The notes under the pieces are model-generated. The model saw only the letters and a list, made by a program, of their open reading frames with translations, was not told the DNA's origin and did not search any database. Of a stretch of DNA of 64,000 nt, positions 41,767 through 51,981 are shown piece after piece (the first letter of the stretch is position 1; each line of letters begins with the position of its first letter). A program made the position numbers and the translations under genes. Source of the stretch: an uncultured Candidatus Saccharibacteria bacterium (GTDB lineage: Bacteria > Patescibacteriota > Minisyncoccia > Phycocordibacterales > UBA5272); assembly GCA_964517625.1 (NCBI GenBank), contig CAZFBW010000001.1, positions 40,319 through 104,318 of the forward strand. The letters are read 5' to 3'.

Positions 41767-42024
41767 ATGAATAGTCTCGGAAATGTAACACTCAGGAATA
41801 ACACTGACGAAAAGCAACATGTAGTCGCTGTTTATCCGAGAGAGGTAAAGCCCGGTGAGGTCCCACGCCTTCATCCCGAGTGGCCGGAAGAATTTTTTGC
41901 AATCGCTGGTGTTGAAGAAAAAGGATTAATTACTGCACATCTTTTCAAGTTTGGGCAACAAGCGGGGGTTGGGGTTGCTGTTCTTAAAAAGAACGAAAAA
42001 GGAGAACTGGAACCCGCTTGCTAA
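41767..42024 (+). CDS. Hypothetical protein
   Basis: G-rich SD upstream, hairpin terminator downstream. Confidence 0.55.
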   Translation: MNSLGNVTLRNNTDEKQHVVAVYPREVKPGEVPRLHPEWPEEFFAIAGVEEKGLITAHLFKFGQQAGVGVAVLKKNEKGELEPAC

Positions 42025-42106
42025 AAATCGTTGTTTTAAAAGACCCCACGAAAGGGGTCTTTTTTCTTACAAAAATTGCTTTTTCAAAAATGGTATAATG
42101 ATGGTC

Positions 42107-43720
42107 ATGAACCCCAAAGACCAGGTCAAGGAAGCGCTTTCGATTGTTGATGTGGTCTCCACCTACATTCGTTTGGAAAAGTCAGGCAATCAATTTCGCG
42201 CACGGTGCCCATTCCATAATGAGAAGACACCGTCCTTTTATGTGTCGCTTGAACGAAGAAGTTTTCACTGTTTTGGGTGTCAGGAGCACGGCGACATTTT
42301 TACCTTCGTTGAAAAAATTGAAAACATTCCTTTTTATGATGCGCTTAAAATTTTAGCAGACCGTGCTGGTGTTTCCCTTAAAGATTCACAAAGAAATAAA
42401 GAAGACTCGCGACTGGTTGCACTCTTGAAAGACGCAACAGAACATTTGGAGAAAAATCTAAGTAGTAGCGCTGAAGCAAAAGAATATTTAATGTCGCGCG
42501 GGTTATCTCAAGAAACACTCAAAACATTTCATGTTGGCTACGCAAAAAACGAATGGCGTGACATGTTTGTCTACTTGGCGAGCAAGGGATACACCCCAGA
42601 AGAAATGGAACAAGCAGGACTTGTCATTAAAACTGAGAAAGGATTCTATGACCGTTTTCGCGGACGCATTATGTTTCCAATACGAAATGTTTCCGGTGCA
42701 ACAGTCGGGTACTCGGGGAGAATCTTGCCATCTTTGGTTGATCCAACTGTTGCGCAAGGAAAATATGTAAACACACCAGAGACACCGCTGTATCACAAAT
42801 CAAAAATTCTCTTTGGTTATGACACCGCGAAAAAGACGATGAATGAAACTAAAGAAGTAGTTGTGGTTGAGGGTCAGATGGATTTGTGTATGAGCTATCA
42901 AGCGGGCGTGCACAACACCGTTGCAGTGTCTGGCACTGCATTTACCGATGAGCACATTCATTTGATTAAACGTTTTTGTGACAAAGTGATTTTGTCATTC
43001 GACACTGACCAAGCGGGGCAAAACGCGCTTAAAAAAACCGCACTCCTTTGTTTGCTTGGGGGTTTGGATGTATACGTCGTTTCGGCAATTGGCACCAAAG
43101 ACCCAGCAGATTTAATTATGGAGAATCCTACGCTTTGGCTTACAGCAATTAAAGAGAAGAAGCACATCATTGAAACCACGGTGGATGCAATTCTTGCACA
43201 AAAACTCGATGAACGAGAACAGGGTAGACGTATTGTGCTTGAAGTGCTTCCACTTATTCGCGCGCTTCAATCATCCGTTGACCGTGTGCACTTCATCAAA
43301 CGCGTTGCTAAAAAATCAGGGCTCACCGAAGAATCGCTCCAGGAAGAATTAGTGCGAGGGTTGATTACGCATCCAGATGACGCAGAAACAGAGCCACGCG
43401 CTTCTGTCTCAGTACTTGAGAAACTTTCTCGTGAACTGTTGGCTTTTGCTCGACTGTATAAAAAAGAAAAAGAAATCAAATCGCTCGGCATTGATGTACA
43501 TATGTTTCCAGACGCAATCATTGAAGAAACAATGTTTACGTTAGAAGAACAGTTGCTTGGTGATAAGGAAACATACTTTACAGATATTGTTGCGCGCTTC
43601 AAAGATGAAACTCGTAAGCAGTCGCTTAAGGAGTTGCACGCAAAACTAAAAGATCCAAGTGCCGACCACGATAGTATTATGAAAGAAATGCACTCAATTG
43701 CAAAAGGGACTGAAAAGTAA
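42107..43720 (+). CDS. dnaG: DNA primase
   Basis: CPFHNEKTPSF, FRGRIMFPI, VVEGQMD, FDTDQAG. Confidence 0.97.
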   Translation: MNPKDQVKEALSIVDVVSTYIRLEKSGNQFRARCPFHNEKTPSFYVSLERRSFHCFGCQEHGDIFTFVEKIENIPFYDALKILADRAGVSLKDSQRNKEDSRLVALLKDATEHLEKNLSSSAEAKEYLMSRGLSQETLKTFHVGYAKNEWRDMFVYLASKGYTPEEMEQAGLVIKTEKGFYDRFRGRIMFPIRNVSGATVGYSGRILPSLVDPTVAQGKYVNTPETPLYHKSKILFGYDTAKKTMNETKEVVVVEGQMDLCMSYQAGVHNTVAVSGTAFTDEHIHLIKRFCDKVILSFDTDQAGQNALKKTALLCLLGGLDVYVVSAIGTKDPADLIMENPTLWLTAIKEKKHIIETTVDAILAQKLDEREQGRRIVLEVLPLIRALQSSVDRVHFIKRVAKKSGLTEESLQEELVRGLITHPDDAETEPRASVSVLEKLSRELLAFARLYKKEKEIKSLGIDVHMFPDAIIEETMFTLEEQLLGDKETYFTDIVARFKDETRKQSLKELHAKLKDPSADHDSIMKEMHSIAKGTEK

Positions 43721-43807
43721 AGGCTTTGCTTATCCACTTTGTCCCCAGATAACGCTTGACTAGACCAAAAGTGCTTTTTGTGTTAGAATTGCGCTTACCA
43801 TTTACAT

Positions 43808-45172
43808 ATGGCCAAATCAAAAGGATCTTCACAAAAAAAGAGTGCACAGAAAAAATCTGCGACCAAAAACGCAGCAAAAAAAGTAAAAAACAAAAAGGTT
43901 GCCACACATAAAAAGAAGGCACCTCTCAAAAAGAAATCTGCGAAGAAAACCGTAAAGAAAGTCATACCAAAACCTAAGAAGCAAGCGCACAGTGTAAGTA
44001 AGAAAGCGCAAGGGAAGTCAAAAGTAAAACTTCCAGAGAAACCAAAGTACAAGCCAAAGGCATTCACCATTAAAACTGGTCCGAACAAGCCAAAGGCAGA
44101 AGTTAAAACAAAAAAAGTTCTCACGCGAGAACAAAACGAAGAAGAGTTGCTTTCCAAAGGAAAGGAACGCGGTTTCATTACGTATGATGAAATCATTAAG
44201 TATTTCCCAACGATTGAAACTGACATTTTATATCTTGAGGAACTCTATGAAAAAATAAGTGCAGCGGGCATTGATATTTTGGAAGGGGGAAACATCTTGG
44301 ACATGGATGATGACCTTGCTAAATTGGGAAGCGATAGTACGCACGACAGTATTCAAATGTATCTTCGTGAAATTGGACAATACCCACTTATTTCCGGTGA
44401 AAACGAACGAGAACTTGCAAAGCGCATTGAAAAAGGAGACAAGGAAGCGGCGGCTTTGCTTGCTAAAGCAAACTTGCGTCTCGTGGTTTCGATCGCTAAG
44501 AAATATGTCGGTCGCTCATCTGATTTGACACTCCTTGATCTTATTCAGGAAGGGAATCTTGGTTTGTTTAAGGCAGTTGAGAAATTCGATTACTCGAAAG
44601 GATTTAAGTTTTCAACCTATGCAACCTGGTGGATTCGTCAGGCAATCACGAGAGCACTTGCTGATCAGTCTCGCACCATTCGTATTCCTGTGCACATGGT
44701 AGAAACCATTGCGAAGTATAAGCAAGTTGTTCGTCGTTTGTCACAAGACCTAGGTCGTGACCCACTCGCTGAAGAAGTGGCAGTTGAAATGGGGCTTGAT
44801 GTTGAAAAAATCCACGTGATTGAAAACATTAACCAAGACACCGTGTCACTTGAAAAACCAATTGGTGATGATGATGATAAATCAACGCTTGGTGAATTTA
44901 TTGCGGACGATAAAATTCTATCACCAGATGCTGAAAGCTCACACAGAATTTTGGCTGACCAAATTAACGAAATTCTTGATGACCTTTCTCCAAAGGAACG
45001 CAAGATTGTTGAGATGCGAAATGGATTAGGTGAGTACGACGGTGTGATGCATACGCTTGAAGAAGTGGGGGCAGAGTTTGGGGTGACGCGTGAGCGTATT
45101 CGTCAAATTGAAGCAAAAGTGCATGAAAAGATTAGAAGTCACGAGAAGGCAGAACGTTTAAGAAACTACTAA
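43808..45172 (+). CDS. rpoD: RNA polymerase sigma-70 factor with long Lys-rich N-terminus
   Basis: [44 protein letters not shown]. Confidence 0.96.
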   Translation: MAKSKGSSQKKSAQKKSATKNAAKKVKNKKVATHKKKAPLKKKSAKKTVKKVIPKPKKQAHSVSKKAQGKSKVKLPEKPKYKPKAFTIKTGPNKPKAEVKTKKVLTREQNEEELLSKGKERGFITYDEIIKYFPTIETDILYLEELYEKISAAGIDILEGGNILDMDDDLAKLGSDSTHDSIQMYLREIGQYPLISGENERELAKRIEKGDKEAAALLAKANLRLVVSIAKKYVGRSSDLTLLDLIQEGNLGLFKAVEKFDYSKGFKFSTYATWWIRQAITRALADQSRTIRIPVHMVETIAKYKQVVRRLSQDLGRDPLAEEVAVEMGLDVEKIHVIENINQDTVSLEKPIGDDDDKSTLGEFIADDKILSPDAESSHRILADQINEILDDLSPKERKIVEMRNGLGEYDGVMHTLEEVGAEFGVTRERIRQIEAKVHEKIRSHEKAERLRNY

Positions 45173-45212
45173 ACAAAAAACCGCCGAATGGCGGTTTTTT
45201 TTGTTTTCCTAT

Positions 45213-45725
45213 TTAGTAGCACATGTAGTATCCACTGACATAGATGCAACTATTGCGTGGGTTGTATTGATAGTTGAAATAATGATGTCTGCCGTAATAG
45301 CTGTAATTTACGGATGGATAGTAACTGTTGTAGTAGCTTCCGTAATAGGATGGGTATGAGTACGTATTGTAGTAGTTGTACGGGTAGGTGTAGTTACTAT
45401 ACGAGTAGTTGTACGGGTAGGTGTAGTTGCTGTAGGTATAGTCGTAGGTGTATGGGTATGTATACGAGTATGAGTTGTTATATGGATAACTGTAATTGTA
45501 ATAATTGCTGTACGTATTGTTGTAGTACGGATAGTATCCGTAGTTGTAGCCGTACTGGTTATAGCAATCGTAATTGTAGCCTACGGCATAGGCGCAATTA
45601 TTATAATTTGCATAGCCATATCCAGTTGTTGGATATCCGTAATTGTATGTTTGTGCAGAAGTAAAAAGCACGCTACTTATAAAAAGTGAAGAGGACACAA
45701 TGGCAAGTGAAAGTATCTTTTTCAT
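45213..45725 (-). CDS. Secreted Tyr/Asn-rich low-complexity protein
   Basis: Signal peptide MKKILSLAIV...SAQ; YNY/YPY repeats. Confidence 0.8.
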   Translation of the reverse strand: MKKILSLAIVSSSLFISSVLFTSAQTYNYGYPTTGYGYANYNNCAYAVGYNYDCYNQYGYNYGYYPYYNNTYSNYYNYSYPYNNSYSYTYPYTYDYTYSNYTYPYNYSYSNYTYPYNYYNTYSYPSYYGSYYNSYYPSVNYSYYGRHHYFNYQYNPRNSCIYVSGYYMCY

Positions 45726-45808
45726 ACCCGTATCCTATTCCAAAAAAATGGGGTCGTCAAGAAAGGGTGAATAGACAAAATCGCTTTTTTGTGGTAGAAT
45801 TGCTACTT

Positions 45809-46780
45809 ATGTTAATCGACCACATTACACTCTCAATTAAGGCTGGAAAAGGCGGTGACGGCGTTGTTCGTTGGCGTCGCGAGAAAGGTATTCCTTATGG
45901 TGGACCAGCAGGAGGGGATGGTGGAAAGGGTGGTGATGTGTATTTCCGTGTTGTGCGCGACATTCAAGCGCTTTCAACGTATAAGCATAAAACTGAATGG
46001 GAAGCAGAAGGTGGTGAATCTGGTAAAAAGCGAAGTATGCACGGCAGAGGTGCCGAGGATTTGTATATGAATGTTCCTGTTGGAGCTGTGATTCATAATC
46101 GCGAATACGATATTGATTACGAGTGCATAGAAGATGGGCAAGAAATTTTAGTGCTTCGTGGTGGAAAAGGAGGACTTGGAAATGAAAATTTTAAGACATC
46201 AACGAATCGCGCACCAATGGAATTTACAAAAGGTGAGAAGGGTGAATTTGCGACATTTGATATTGAACTTCGTTTGATTGCTGATGTTGGATTAATTGGT
46301 CTTCCAAATGCAGGCAAGTCATCTCTCCTTAATGCGCTCACTCGAGCGGGTGCAAAGGTTGGTGCGTATGCGTTCACGACGCTTGAACCTAACTTGGGCG
46401 CATATTTCGGATACGTCCTTGCGGATGTTCCAGGTCTTATTGAAGGAGCAAGTGAAGGCAAGGGGTTGGGACACAAGTTTTTGCGCCACATCAAGCGCAC
46501 CTCCATGCTTGTGCACCTTGTTTCTGCGGAAAACGAAGACGTTGCACTTGCATATACCACAATTCGAAAAGAACTTGGCAAATATGATGATGAACTTTTA
46601 ACAAAACGTGAAATCGTTGTGCTTTCAAAAACCGACACGGTTCCTGATGATGTGCTTCTAAAAAAGCAGAAGGCGCTACAAAAAGCATGTGGGAAGGACG
46701 TTGTACTCCTTTCTCTTTTTCAAGATGAAACAGTTAAAGCATTTGGTGATATTTTAGTGAAAGAATTGAAAGCGAAATAA
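45809..46780 (+). CDS. obgE: GTPase ObgE
   Basis: GGPAGGDGGKGG, GLPNAGKS, YAFTTL, DVPGL. Confidence 0.96.
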   Translation: MLIDHITLSIKAGKGGDGVVRWRREKGIPYGGPAGGDGGKGGDVYFRVVRDIQALSTYKHKTEWEAEGGESGKKRSMHGRGAEDLYMNVPVGAVIHNREYDIDYECIEDGQEILVLRGGKGGLGNENFKTSTNRAPMEFTKGEKGEFATFDIELRLIADVGLIGLPNAGKSSLLNALTRAGAKVGAYAFTTLEPNLGAYFGYVLADVPGLIEGASEGKGLGHKFLRHIKRTSMLVHLVSAENEDVALAYTTIRKELGKYDDELLTKREIVVLSKTDTVPDDVLLKKQKALQKACGKDVVLLSLFQDETVKAFGDILVKELKAK

Positions 46781-46782
46781 GA

Positions 46783-47376
46783 TTACTCTCCATTCAAAAT
46801 ATCTTTCTTTGCTCCTGGTGTAAAAATACCGAGATGGCGCGTGTTTAACCCCATGCAACGAATAAGAGTGTACGCAACAGAGTTGGAATTGATTGTTTCT
46901 CCGGTCACCTTTACGCCAAGTGGTGGGTAGAGGAGTTTTTTTTCATTGATTTTTTCTTTACAGGTGCGCGCTTTTTCCCAAAGCATAAGCATGTCCTCCT
47001 TACTTCCTGTGGTGAGAACAAAACCAGGGTCATTGTTCGAGGAAAAATAGTTTCGTGAACCGTTAAATTCCCACACGACAAGCTTATCGGTGTCGCTTGC
47101 CCCGACATATTTCCATATTCCCGTTAGGGCGTCCGTTGCAAGTCCGTGCAGTTCGTAAACAACGTTGTTTTTTTCGTCACGCAAAACAAGATAGTTGTGG
47201 CCAGCAAGCCCTAAGAGAAGTGGGTACTGAATTTTTTGAATACTCCATTTGCCAAATGCAGGGGTTGGTGTCGGGTGGGTGATTTCGTTGTTAGTGAGAA
47301 TGTATAAAAATAGAACAAAGAAAACACTGAGGAGTGCATCGCGAATGTGTTTATGAGAAGAGAAATAGGCAAACAT
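46783..47376 (-). CDS. Membrane-anchored hypothetical protein
   Basis: N-terminal TM; GH.Y and NSNS motifs. Confidence 0.7.
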   Translation of the reverse strand: MFAYFSSHKHIRDALLSVFFVLFLYILTNNEITHPTPTPAFGKWSIQKIQYPLLLGLAGHNYLVLRDEKNNVVYELHGLATDALTGIWKYVGASDTDKLVVWEFNGSRNYFSSNNDPGFVLTTGSKEDMLMLWEKARTCKEKINEKKLLYPPLGVKVTGETINSNSVAYTLIRCMGLNTRHLGIFTPGAKKDILNGE

Positions 47377-47416
47377 ACTTCACCAAGAAGTATAGCAAGA
47401 AAAAATATAGGAAATA

Positions 47417-48835
47417 TTATTTGAGAGCCTCTTTTAAGAGTTCTTGGAAGAGTTGCGGGTTGCCTGCACCTTTGGACTTTTTCATACACTGCCCAACGAA
47501 GTACATAAACATTGATTCTTTTCCGCTCTTGTAATCGGCAACCTGTTTTGCGCTTTCTGCGAGGACTTCTGCAACAATTGCTTTGAGTGCCTCGGGATCA
47601 TTCTTTTGGATGAGACCTTTTTCTTCGGCGAGCGTTTTCGGGTCAGCATTTTTATCCGCAAGAATTAGTGGAAGCAAATCCTTTGCACCACGCGAAGAAA
47701 GTTCATTTGCGGAAATCATAACAAGAAGCGTGGAGAATGATTTGTGTGAAGGGAAGTTTTCTGGGGTGAGGGTTTTACCTTCTTTTTTAAGGAGTCCAAA
47801 GATGTCCACAACAAGGTAGTTAGCAACCAAATTTGCATATGCGCTATCTTTTCCAGATACAAGCGTATCAAAATATTCCGCAGTGCCTCTATCATTTACA
47901 ATAATTTCAACAATATCTGATTTAAGTGCATAATCTGCAACAAGACGCTTTGCACGTTCAAATGCAAGTTCGGGAATCTCTTTTTTCATTGCTTCCAAGT
48001 CAAACACTTCATGAAGATACATCTTTGGAAGGTCGGGGTCAGGGAAGTAGCGATAGTCGTGCGCATTTTCTTTTTTACGCTGACTAAATGTTTCTTGTTT
48101 AACTTCATCCCACCCGCGGGTTTCTTGTACAACCTTTCCACCTTCTTCAATGAGTGCAATGTGGCGCTCCACCTCAAAACGAATTGCATCCTCAACTGAC
48201 TTGAATGAGTTTAAGTTTTTTACTTCACACTTAGTGCCAAACGTTTTGTCTTTTGAAACAGAGATGTTTGCTTCTACGCGCATTTGTCCCATTTCCATGT
48301 TTGCTTCACTCGCGCCAACATAGCGCAAGATTCGTTGGAGTTCGCGTGCAAACGCACCCGCTTCTTCAGCTGAGTGAATCACTGGTTCCGTCACAAGTTC
48401 CATAAGTGGAACACCCGCACGATTGTAGTTAACAAGCGTATAGCCTTCGTTATCATGAGACGAACTTGCCGTATCCTCTTCCAAGTGTACGCGTGTGATT
48501 TCAACACCGTTAATTGCTCCACCTGAAACAATAGGGTAGAGGTACTGAGAGATTTGATAGCCTTTTGGAATGTCGGGGTAGAAATAATTTTTTCGGTCAA
48601 ATTCAGTAAAATCAGCAATGTTTGAGCCGAGTGCAAGACCCACTTGGATTACTTTTCGTACCGCCTCTTTGTTTGGGACAGGAAGCGTTCCAGGGTGAGC
48701 CATACACACTTCGCAGACGTTTGCATTTGGTTTTTCCTCGTAGGGGTCGTTTTTGCAACCGCACCACATTTTCGATTTGGTGTTTAATTCGGCGTGAATT
48801 TCAAGGCCGATTGTTGTTGAGTATCCGGAAGACAT
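47417..48835 (-). CDS. gatB: Asp/Glu-tRNA amidotransferase subunit B
   Basis: IGLEIHAEL, RKNYFYPD, YRYFPDPDL. Confidence 0.97.
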   Translation of the reverse strand: MSSGYSTTIGLEIHAELNTKSKMWCGCKNDPYEEKPNANVCEVCMAHPGTLPVPNKEAVRKVIQVGLALGSNIADFTEFDRKNYFYPDIPKGYQISQYLYPIVSGGAINGVEITRVHLEEDTASSSHDNEGYTLVNYNRAGVPLMELVTEPVIHSAEEAGAFARELQRILRYVGASEANMEMGQMRVEANISVSKDKTFGTKCEVKNLNSFKSVEDAIRFEVERHIALIEEGGKVVQETRGWDEVKQETFSQRKKENAHDYRYFPDPDLPKMYLHEVFDLEAMKKEIPELAFERAKRLVADYALKSDIVEIIVNDRGTAEYFDTLVSGKDSAYANLVANYLVVDIFGLLKKEGKTLTPENFPSHKSFSTLLVMISANELSSRGAKDLLPLILADKNADPKTLAEEKGLIQKNDPEALKAIVAEVLAESAKQVADYKSGKESMFMYFVGQCMKKSKGAGNPQLFQELLKEALK

Positions 48836-48960
48836 GTAGAGCATTATAGCAAAAAAAGAGGATTATTAAAGAAAAATGAATAGAATAGAATCATTGACCC
48901 TTGTATTATTTTGTGGTATAATTTTTTTGAAAGTTTTTTCAATTCTTATGTGGAGGAATA

Positions 48961-49671
48961 ATGAACCACAGCGTACATGAAGGAAAACCGGCTCTACAGG
49001 CCAAACATTGGCGGGGGGAATATTTTGGCTCGAATGGCGCCATTGAAGATTCGTTGCGTGCATACAATCGCGCAAACATGGACTACATCAGGTGTTACGA
49101 TGATGAGCACAAGAAGGAATATCTAAAGGCTCTCATGGGATACTTGAGCACACTCTATTCTGCACTCCATCATTCCATTTGTCAGGTTATGAAATTTAAG
49201 CTGACCTATGTGCAATATGTTTTTGAAATTATCGATGAACTTAACGATAATCTAATGTTTGCGCTGGAACATCGTGAAGCACTGGATGCGGGACAAAAAG
49301 AAGTTCTCATGGCTGTGCTCTTGTCTATGAGATTCGTACCTCCTTTCCCTGAAGGATATCGTAAACTTGCTATTGAACTCGGTAAGGAAATTGTCACTGG
49401 GTATGTGTCTGGTCGGATGTCTGGTCGTGGCGAGGTTTTTATAAGTACATATTTGCTCGCGTGTGCTCGACTGTCTCGAGTCCTCAAAGGTCATGAAGCC
49501 CGGGCATATCGCGACAATGTTCTTACCTATATCAATATAAGGAATATTCAACGCAAGCTTGGTTGGAAAACTATCAACCGTTTGGCGCGCATGGTTGGTG
49601 ACAAGAAACTTGTTCACGAGTCGGCCATCCTTGATGGCTCGCCCGACATTAAACTGAAATCGGGGATGTAA
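48961..49671 (+). CDS. Hypothetical protein
   Basis: TTGACC/TATAAT promoter, SD ggagga, 236-aa ORF. Confidence 0.7.
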   Translation: MNHSVHEGKPALQAKHWRGEYFGSNGAIEDSLRAYNRANMDYIRCYDDEHKKEYLKALMGYLSTLYSALHHSICQVMKFKLTYVQYVFEIIDELNDNLMFALEHREALDAGQKEVLMAVLLSMRFVPPFPEGYRKLAIELGKEIVTGYVSGRMSGRGEVFISTYLLACARLSRVLKGHEARAYRDNVLTYINIRNIQRKLGWKTINRLARMVGDKKLVHESAILDGSPDIKLKSGM

Positions 49672-49722
49672 GTGTCCCCAAAGAAAGATAAACGGCATTC
49701 GCGCTTCGCGCGAATGCCGTTT

Positions 49723-50583
49723 TTAGTTTTTTATTTCCACAATTTCTGCTTCTGGAAAATATTTTTTATTCCATGTCTTTTGTCGTTTTGCATAATGATA
49801 AATTTTATATATAAGACTTTGCTTTGCTTCATCTAAACTGCAGTCATCACGGAAATATTTTCCAAATTCCACATACTCAATACCACAACGCGCAAGTTCT
49901 AACGTTGAGAGGTTCATTGCAAGTACTTTTCCAACCTCCTCAAGCATTCCGTCACCCAATCTTTTTTCTACACGCTTGATGATGCGCTCTTTAATAATTT
50001 CATTGCTAGGGTTTAAATTGTAGATATGAAAAGAAAAACGTGGAATAGGGGTCTCTAGTTTTGGTACCTCGCTTAATTCGGAGAGAATTTCAAGGGCGCG
50101 AATGAGACGAACTTTATTGTATTTGTCAATTGATTGCGCGCGAGCGGGGTCTTTTATTTCGAGCATTGTAAAAAGCTCACTTGTTGATTTTTGTTCTAAG
50201 TTGTTGCGCAGATTTTCATTTGCAAGTACTTTTGGAAACGATTGTTTGTATAAAACAGCATAGACGTATTGCCCAGTACCACCACAGAGAATCGGTGTTT
50301 TGCCACGCGCAATAATATCTGAAATGATGGGGAGTACCATTTCCACATATTCCACAACCGAAAACGGTTCTCCAGGGTTTTTAATATTGAGCATGTGGTG
50401 GGGGACACCCTTCATTTCTTCGTGGGTTATTTTTCCAGTACCGATATCAAGCCCACGATAAATTTGTCGCGAGTCCGCAGAAAGGATTTCGCCGTTTTCG
50501 CGTAACGCAAGTTCCACCGCAAAATCACTTTTTCCAGATGCTGTGGGACCGACGACGGCGATAAGGTGAGGGAGTTGTTCCAT
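49723..50583 (-). CDS. miaA: tRNA dimethylallyltransferase
   Basis: GPTASGKS, DSRQIY, GGTGQY, YAKRQKTW. Confidence 0.95.
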   Translation of the reverse strand: MEQLPHLIAVVGPTASGKSDFAVELALRENGEILSADSRQIYRGLDIGTGKITHEEMKGVPHHMLNIKNPGEPFSVVEYVEMVLPIISDIIARGKTPILCGGTGQYVYAVLYKQSFPKVLANENLRNNLEQKSTSELFTMLEIKDPARAQSIDKYNKVRLIRALEILSELSEVPKLETPIPRFSFHIYNLNPSNEIIKERIIKRVEKRLGDGMLEEVGKVLAMNLSTLELARCGIEYVEFGKYFRDDCSLDEAKQSLIYKIYHYAKRQKTWNKKYFPEAEIVEIKN

Positions 50584-50612
50584 ATTTGTTATACTACTAT
50601 ATACTATTTTTT

Positions 50613-50843
50613 ATGCTAATTCTTTATACAAAAGATAATTGTTCATACTGTGAGAAGGTAAAACGAGCCTTTGCTGAACACCACATTACATACGAAGAGA
50701 GAAATATTGGTGATGCAAAACATTTGGAAGAGGCAAGAGAAAAAGGCGCCCGCACCATGCCTTTTTTGGTAGATACTTCAGCCAACGTTGCAATGGGGGA
50801 GTCTGATGAAATTATCGCGTATGCGCTTGAGGGGAGTTTCTAA
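50613..50843 (+). CDS. Glutaredoxin-like protein
   Basis: CSYC, MPFLVD, ESDEII. Confidence 0.85.
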   Translation: MLILYTKDNCSYCEKVKRAFAEHHITYEERNIGDAKHLEEAREKGARTMPFLVDTSANVAMGESDEIIAYALEGSF

Positions 50844-50919
50844 ATTTATTTTTAAAAAACGCAAATGAAAAAGCGCCTCCCTTTGTAGGGGTTGGCGCTT
50901 CGCACGGGGCGTGCGTTGG

Positions 50920-51312
50920 TTAGGTTGTTTGCTTCACGTTTGGTGAAGTTGTTGGTTTGAAGAGTTCGGGACGACTTACAAGCAGATACGAGAGGAGTCT
51001 CTCTCCCTCTTCTGTGATGAAGAGTAGTCTCTTGCTTACTCCGCGCATGACGTATTTGGAACGGACGAGGTTTTCGATGGCTTCGTCGAACTTACCGCTT
51101 AAGCGAGGACGAAGTCCGGAATAGCTTTTGCCGAAACGTTTCGCAATGTGAGCGATGAGGTCATCCAGTCGGACAAGTGCTCGATCTCCTTTCTCATCAT
51201 GAAGATCTTTAAGGCCGGAGAGGATGCGTGCTTCTCGATGACACATGACATCGACAGGGGCACGCACGACCAGTTTCGGGGTGAGTACTTCACATGTTAC
51301 GGTTTGGGCCAT
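50920..51312 (-). CDS. Hypothetical protein, possible winged helix
   Basis: LVRSKYV...LFITEEGE; SD gaaagg before ATG 51312. Confidence 0.55.
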   Translation of the reverse strand: MAQTVTCEVLTPKLVVRAPVDVMCHREARILSGLKDLHDEKGDRALVRLDDLIAHIAKRFGKSYSGLRPRLSGKFDEAIENLVRSKYVMRGVSKRLLFITEEGERLLSYLLVSRPELFKPTTSPNVKQTT

Positions 51313-51337
51313 CAGATTACCTTTCACGGTTGCTGTG

Positions 51338-51466
51338 TTAGACCAAAATTTCTTGACCGTTTTCAAGGATAAATGGAATCATTGGAAAATCGGCGCATGT
51401 GCGAGGTGGTTTTTCTTCTGGTGTTTCTTCGGGTGGAGGAGACGGTAGATTTTCTCTGGTGTCCAT
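51338..51466 (-). CDS. Small Pro/Glu-rich peptide (42 aa)
   Basis: MDTRENLPSPPPEETPEEKPPRTCADFPMIPFILENGQEILV*; aaaggga upstream. Confidence 0.4.
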   Translation of the reverse strand: MDTRENLPSPPPEETPEEKPPRTCADFPMIPFILENGQEILV

Positions 51467-51709
51467 GGTCAAATCCCTTTTAGTTGAAAGAGCAACACAA
51501 TACACCTTACCACGTGAAAAGTTACTCGTAAAGATGGTGTTTTTATGATAGTATTGTTATTTATAAGCAATGCCGGAGTGGCTCAAGTAGCTTGGCTACG
51601 CAGACGTCTGTAGCTAGCAAGCGAAAGACGCTGAATGGTTTCCATTCCGAGCATGTGTAATGTGTTTATTATATTTTTTGTAGAAAGATATAAACAATAA
51701 GAGAATTAT

Positions 51710-51790
51710 GCCGGAGTGGCGGAATGGTAGACGCGCGCGACTCAAAATCGCGTATCGCAAGGTGTGGAGGTTCAAGTCCTCTCTCCGGCA
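51710..51790 (+). tRNA. tRNA-Leu(CAA)
   Basis: CGCGA-CTCAAAA-TCGCG, variable arm. Confidence 0.95.
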
Positions 51791-51955
51791 CTATAAATAT
51801 AAAATGACCACATACACGAAGTGTGGTTATTTTATATTTACTGTACCTGGTGGAGAGAGGACTTGAACCGAAGGCGACATATTTTCTTAGACTGTAATCA
51901 GTCTGTTGAAAATACAAGTCTCGACTGAAAGGAGAAACAAGTCCTCTCTCCGGCA
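51791..51955 (+). repeat. tRNA-Leu 3' module
   Basis: Perfect inverted copy 51852-51869; direct copy caagtcctctctccggca 51938-51955. Confidence 0.9.
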
Positions 51956-51981
51956 TAGCAATTGCGCTATACTTACTCCAT

